DNA of 35,391 nucleotides from a virus (Duplodnaviria; Heunggongvirae; Uroviricota; Caudoviricetes): IMG/VR virus record IMGVR_UViG_2778261298_000003; one strand, 5' to 3'. Shown piece by piece: positions 34,409 to 35,391 of this stretch (position 1 is its first letter; each line of letters starts with the position of its first letter). The notes under the pieces were generated by a model. It saw only the letters and a program-made list of their open reading frames with translations, ran no database searches and was not told where the DNA came from. The position numbers and the translations under genes were made by a program.

Positions 34409-34660
34409 TTATTCTTCTGAAAAAGCAGAAAAGCCAGCTTTTATTCCGATCTCTTTCAATGCCTGTAATGAAGTGACAAACTCACCTTCGCGCAAGATAA
34501 ATCCGTCCGTGACCCGAGCATCCACAAAATTAATTAACGCAGCCCCATTCTTTCGCAAACACATAATGCGGTAATGACTAACAAGATTTCCATTTTCAAC
34601 GCACACAGCATAGAGGCCATCTTCACAAAAAATTTTACGCAGTTCTTCGATGTTCATCAT
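34409..34660 (-). CDS. Hypothetical 83-aa acidic soluble protein, no family recognised
   Basis: Tandem ATG ATG with GGAAGGA SD 5-6 nt upstream; MMNIEELRKIFCEDGLYAVCVENGNLVSHYRIMCLRKNGAALINFVDARVTDGFILREGEFVTSLQALKEIGIKAGFSAFSEE; lies between the hokD terminator and rem. Confidence 0.6.
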   Translation of the reverse strand: MMNIEELRKIFCEDGLYAVCVENGNLVSHYRIMCLRKNGAALINFVDARVTDGFILREGEFVTSLQALKEIGIKAGFSAFSEE

Positions 34661-34775
34661 CAGAATCCTTCCGGATAATTAGCTCTCCCCTTTAAGGGAC
34701 CATCCCTCTTATCCCTGCGCGCTACTTAAGTATTTTTGATTCTATTCCGGCACCGTCCAGAACTTCAAACGCGTT

Positions 34776-34808
34776 GAAAATAAAAACAAAAACCCGCCGA
34801 AGCGGGTT
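34776..34808 (-). terminator. Rho-independent terminator of the hokD mRNA
   Basis: Stem aacccgc/gcgggtt with loop cgaa, followed on the minus strand by TTTTGTTTTTATTTT, about 70 nt past the hokD stop. Confidence 0.55.
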
Positions 34809-34876
34809 AAGTGCGGGTGCGTTGAGGATGCCTGCCACATCAGAGGTGGCGAGGGATTTCTCCCCCGCCGGGTCTC

Positions 34877-35032
34877 TTACTCCTCAGGTTCGTAAGCTGT
34901 GAAGACAGCGACCTCCGTCTGGCCGGTTCGGATTCGTACCTCGCAGAGGTCTTTCCTCGTTACCAGTGCCGTCACTATGACGGTTAAACAGATGACGATC
35001 AGGGCGATTAACATCGCCTTTTGCTGCTTCAT
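34877..35032 (-). CDS. hokD: Hok-family type I toxin (small membrane protein)
   Basis: Hand translation of the minus strand gives MKQQKAMLIALIVICLTVIVTALVTRKDLCEVRIRTGQTEVAVFTAYEPEE (51 aa); not in the ORF track (below length cutoff). Confidence 0.9.
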   Translation of the reverse strand: MKQQKAMLIALIVICLTVIVTALVTRKDLCEVRIRTGQTEVAVFTAYEPEE

Positions 35033-35103
35033 AGCCTGCTTCTCCTGTCAACGCAAAGCAGAAGTGTCACCTTCGGTGCGAAACAGAGATGTCATGCTTT
35101 GGT

Positions 35104-35391
35104 TCAGAGAATGCGTTTGACCGCCTCGCTATATACTTCCGAGCGTTCTCTTTTCCCAACAGAAATCACGAAAACGACAACTTTCTCGTCTATAACCTGG
35201 TATACAAGGCGATAGCCTGAAGACCGGAGCTTAATCTTGTAACAATCAGGCATACCACGGAGCTTGTTTGCTTCAATCCGGGGTGACTCAAGTACTTCAA
35301 CCAGCTTCTTTTTCAACTGTTCACGTACCGTCGAGCCCAGCTTTCGCCATTCCTTTAGTGCCCGCTCGTCAAAATCCAGAAAATACGCCAT
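35104..35391 (-). CDS. relE: RelE mRNA-interferase toxin (type II TA); the relB antitoxin would lie beyond the window edge
   Basis: 95 aa (MAYFLDFDERALKEWRKLGSTVREQLKKKLVEVLESPRIEANKLRGMPDCYKIKLRSSGYRLVYQVIDEKVVVFVISVGKRERSEVYSEAVKRIL); the start codon is the last 3 nt of the window. Confidence 0.9.
   Translation of the reverse strand: MAYFLDFDERALKEWRKLGSTVREQLKKKLVEVLESPRIEANKLRGMPDCYKIKLRSSGYRLVYQVIDEKVVVFVISVGKRERSEVYSEAVKRIL

Overview
The window is almost entirely a lambdoid prophage lying on the minus strand (late genes read from high to low coordinates), abutting a host MFS transporter gene at the left edge. I found no single clearly novel multi-gene system; the best candidates for undescribed biology are small accessory genes between otherwise well-known phage modules. 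From right to left: relE and hokD toxin genes, an unannotated 83-aa ORF, rem, ydfU, a phage-21-type Q antiterminator, cold-shock paralogs cspF/cspB, a pinholin / unknown / SAR-endolysin / Rz-Rz1 lysis cassette, a cspI-ynfN-gnsB accessory block, two plus-strand accessory genes beside cos, then a complete lambda-type packaging, head and tail cluster (Nu1 through J, lom, stf, tfa), followed by pinQ invertase and ydfK. Gene content resembles a more complete relative of the defective Qin prophage of E. coli K-12, carrying head and tail genes near-identical to phage lambda; this comparison is from memory, not a database search. The supplied ORF track uses GTG/TTG as well as ATG starts and often over-extends the 5' end; starts were re-set where an internal Met with a Shine-Dalgarno (SD) motif or family knowledge supports it. 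No rRNA, tRNA, CRISPR array or IS element was recognised.
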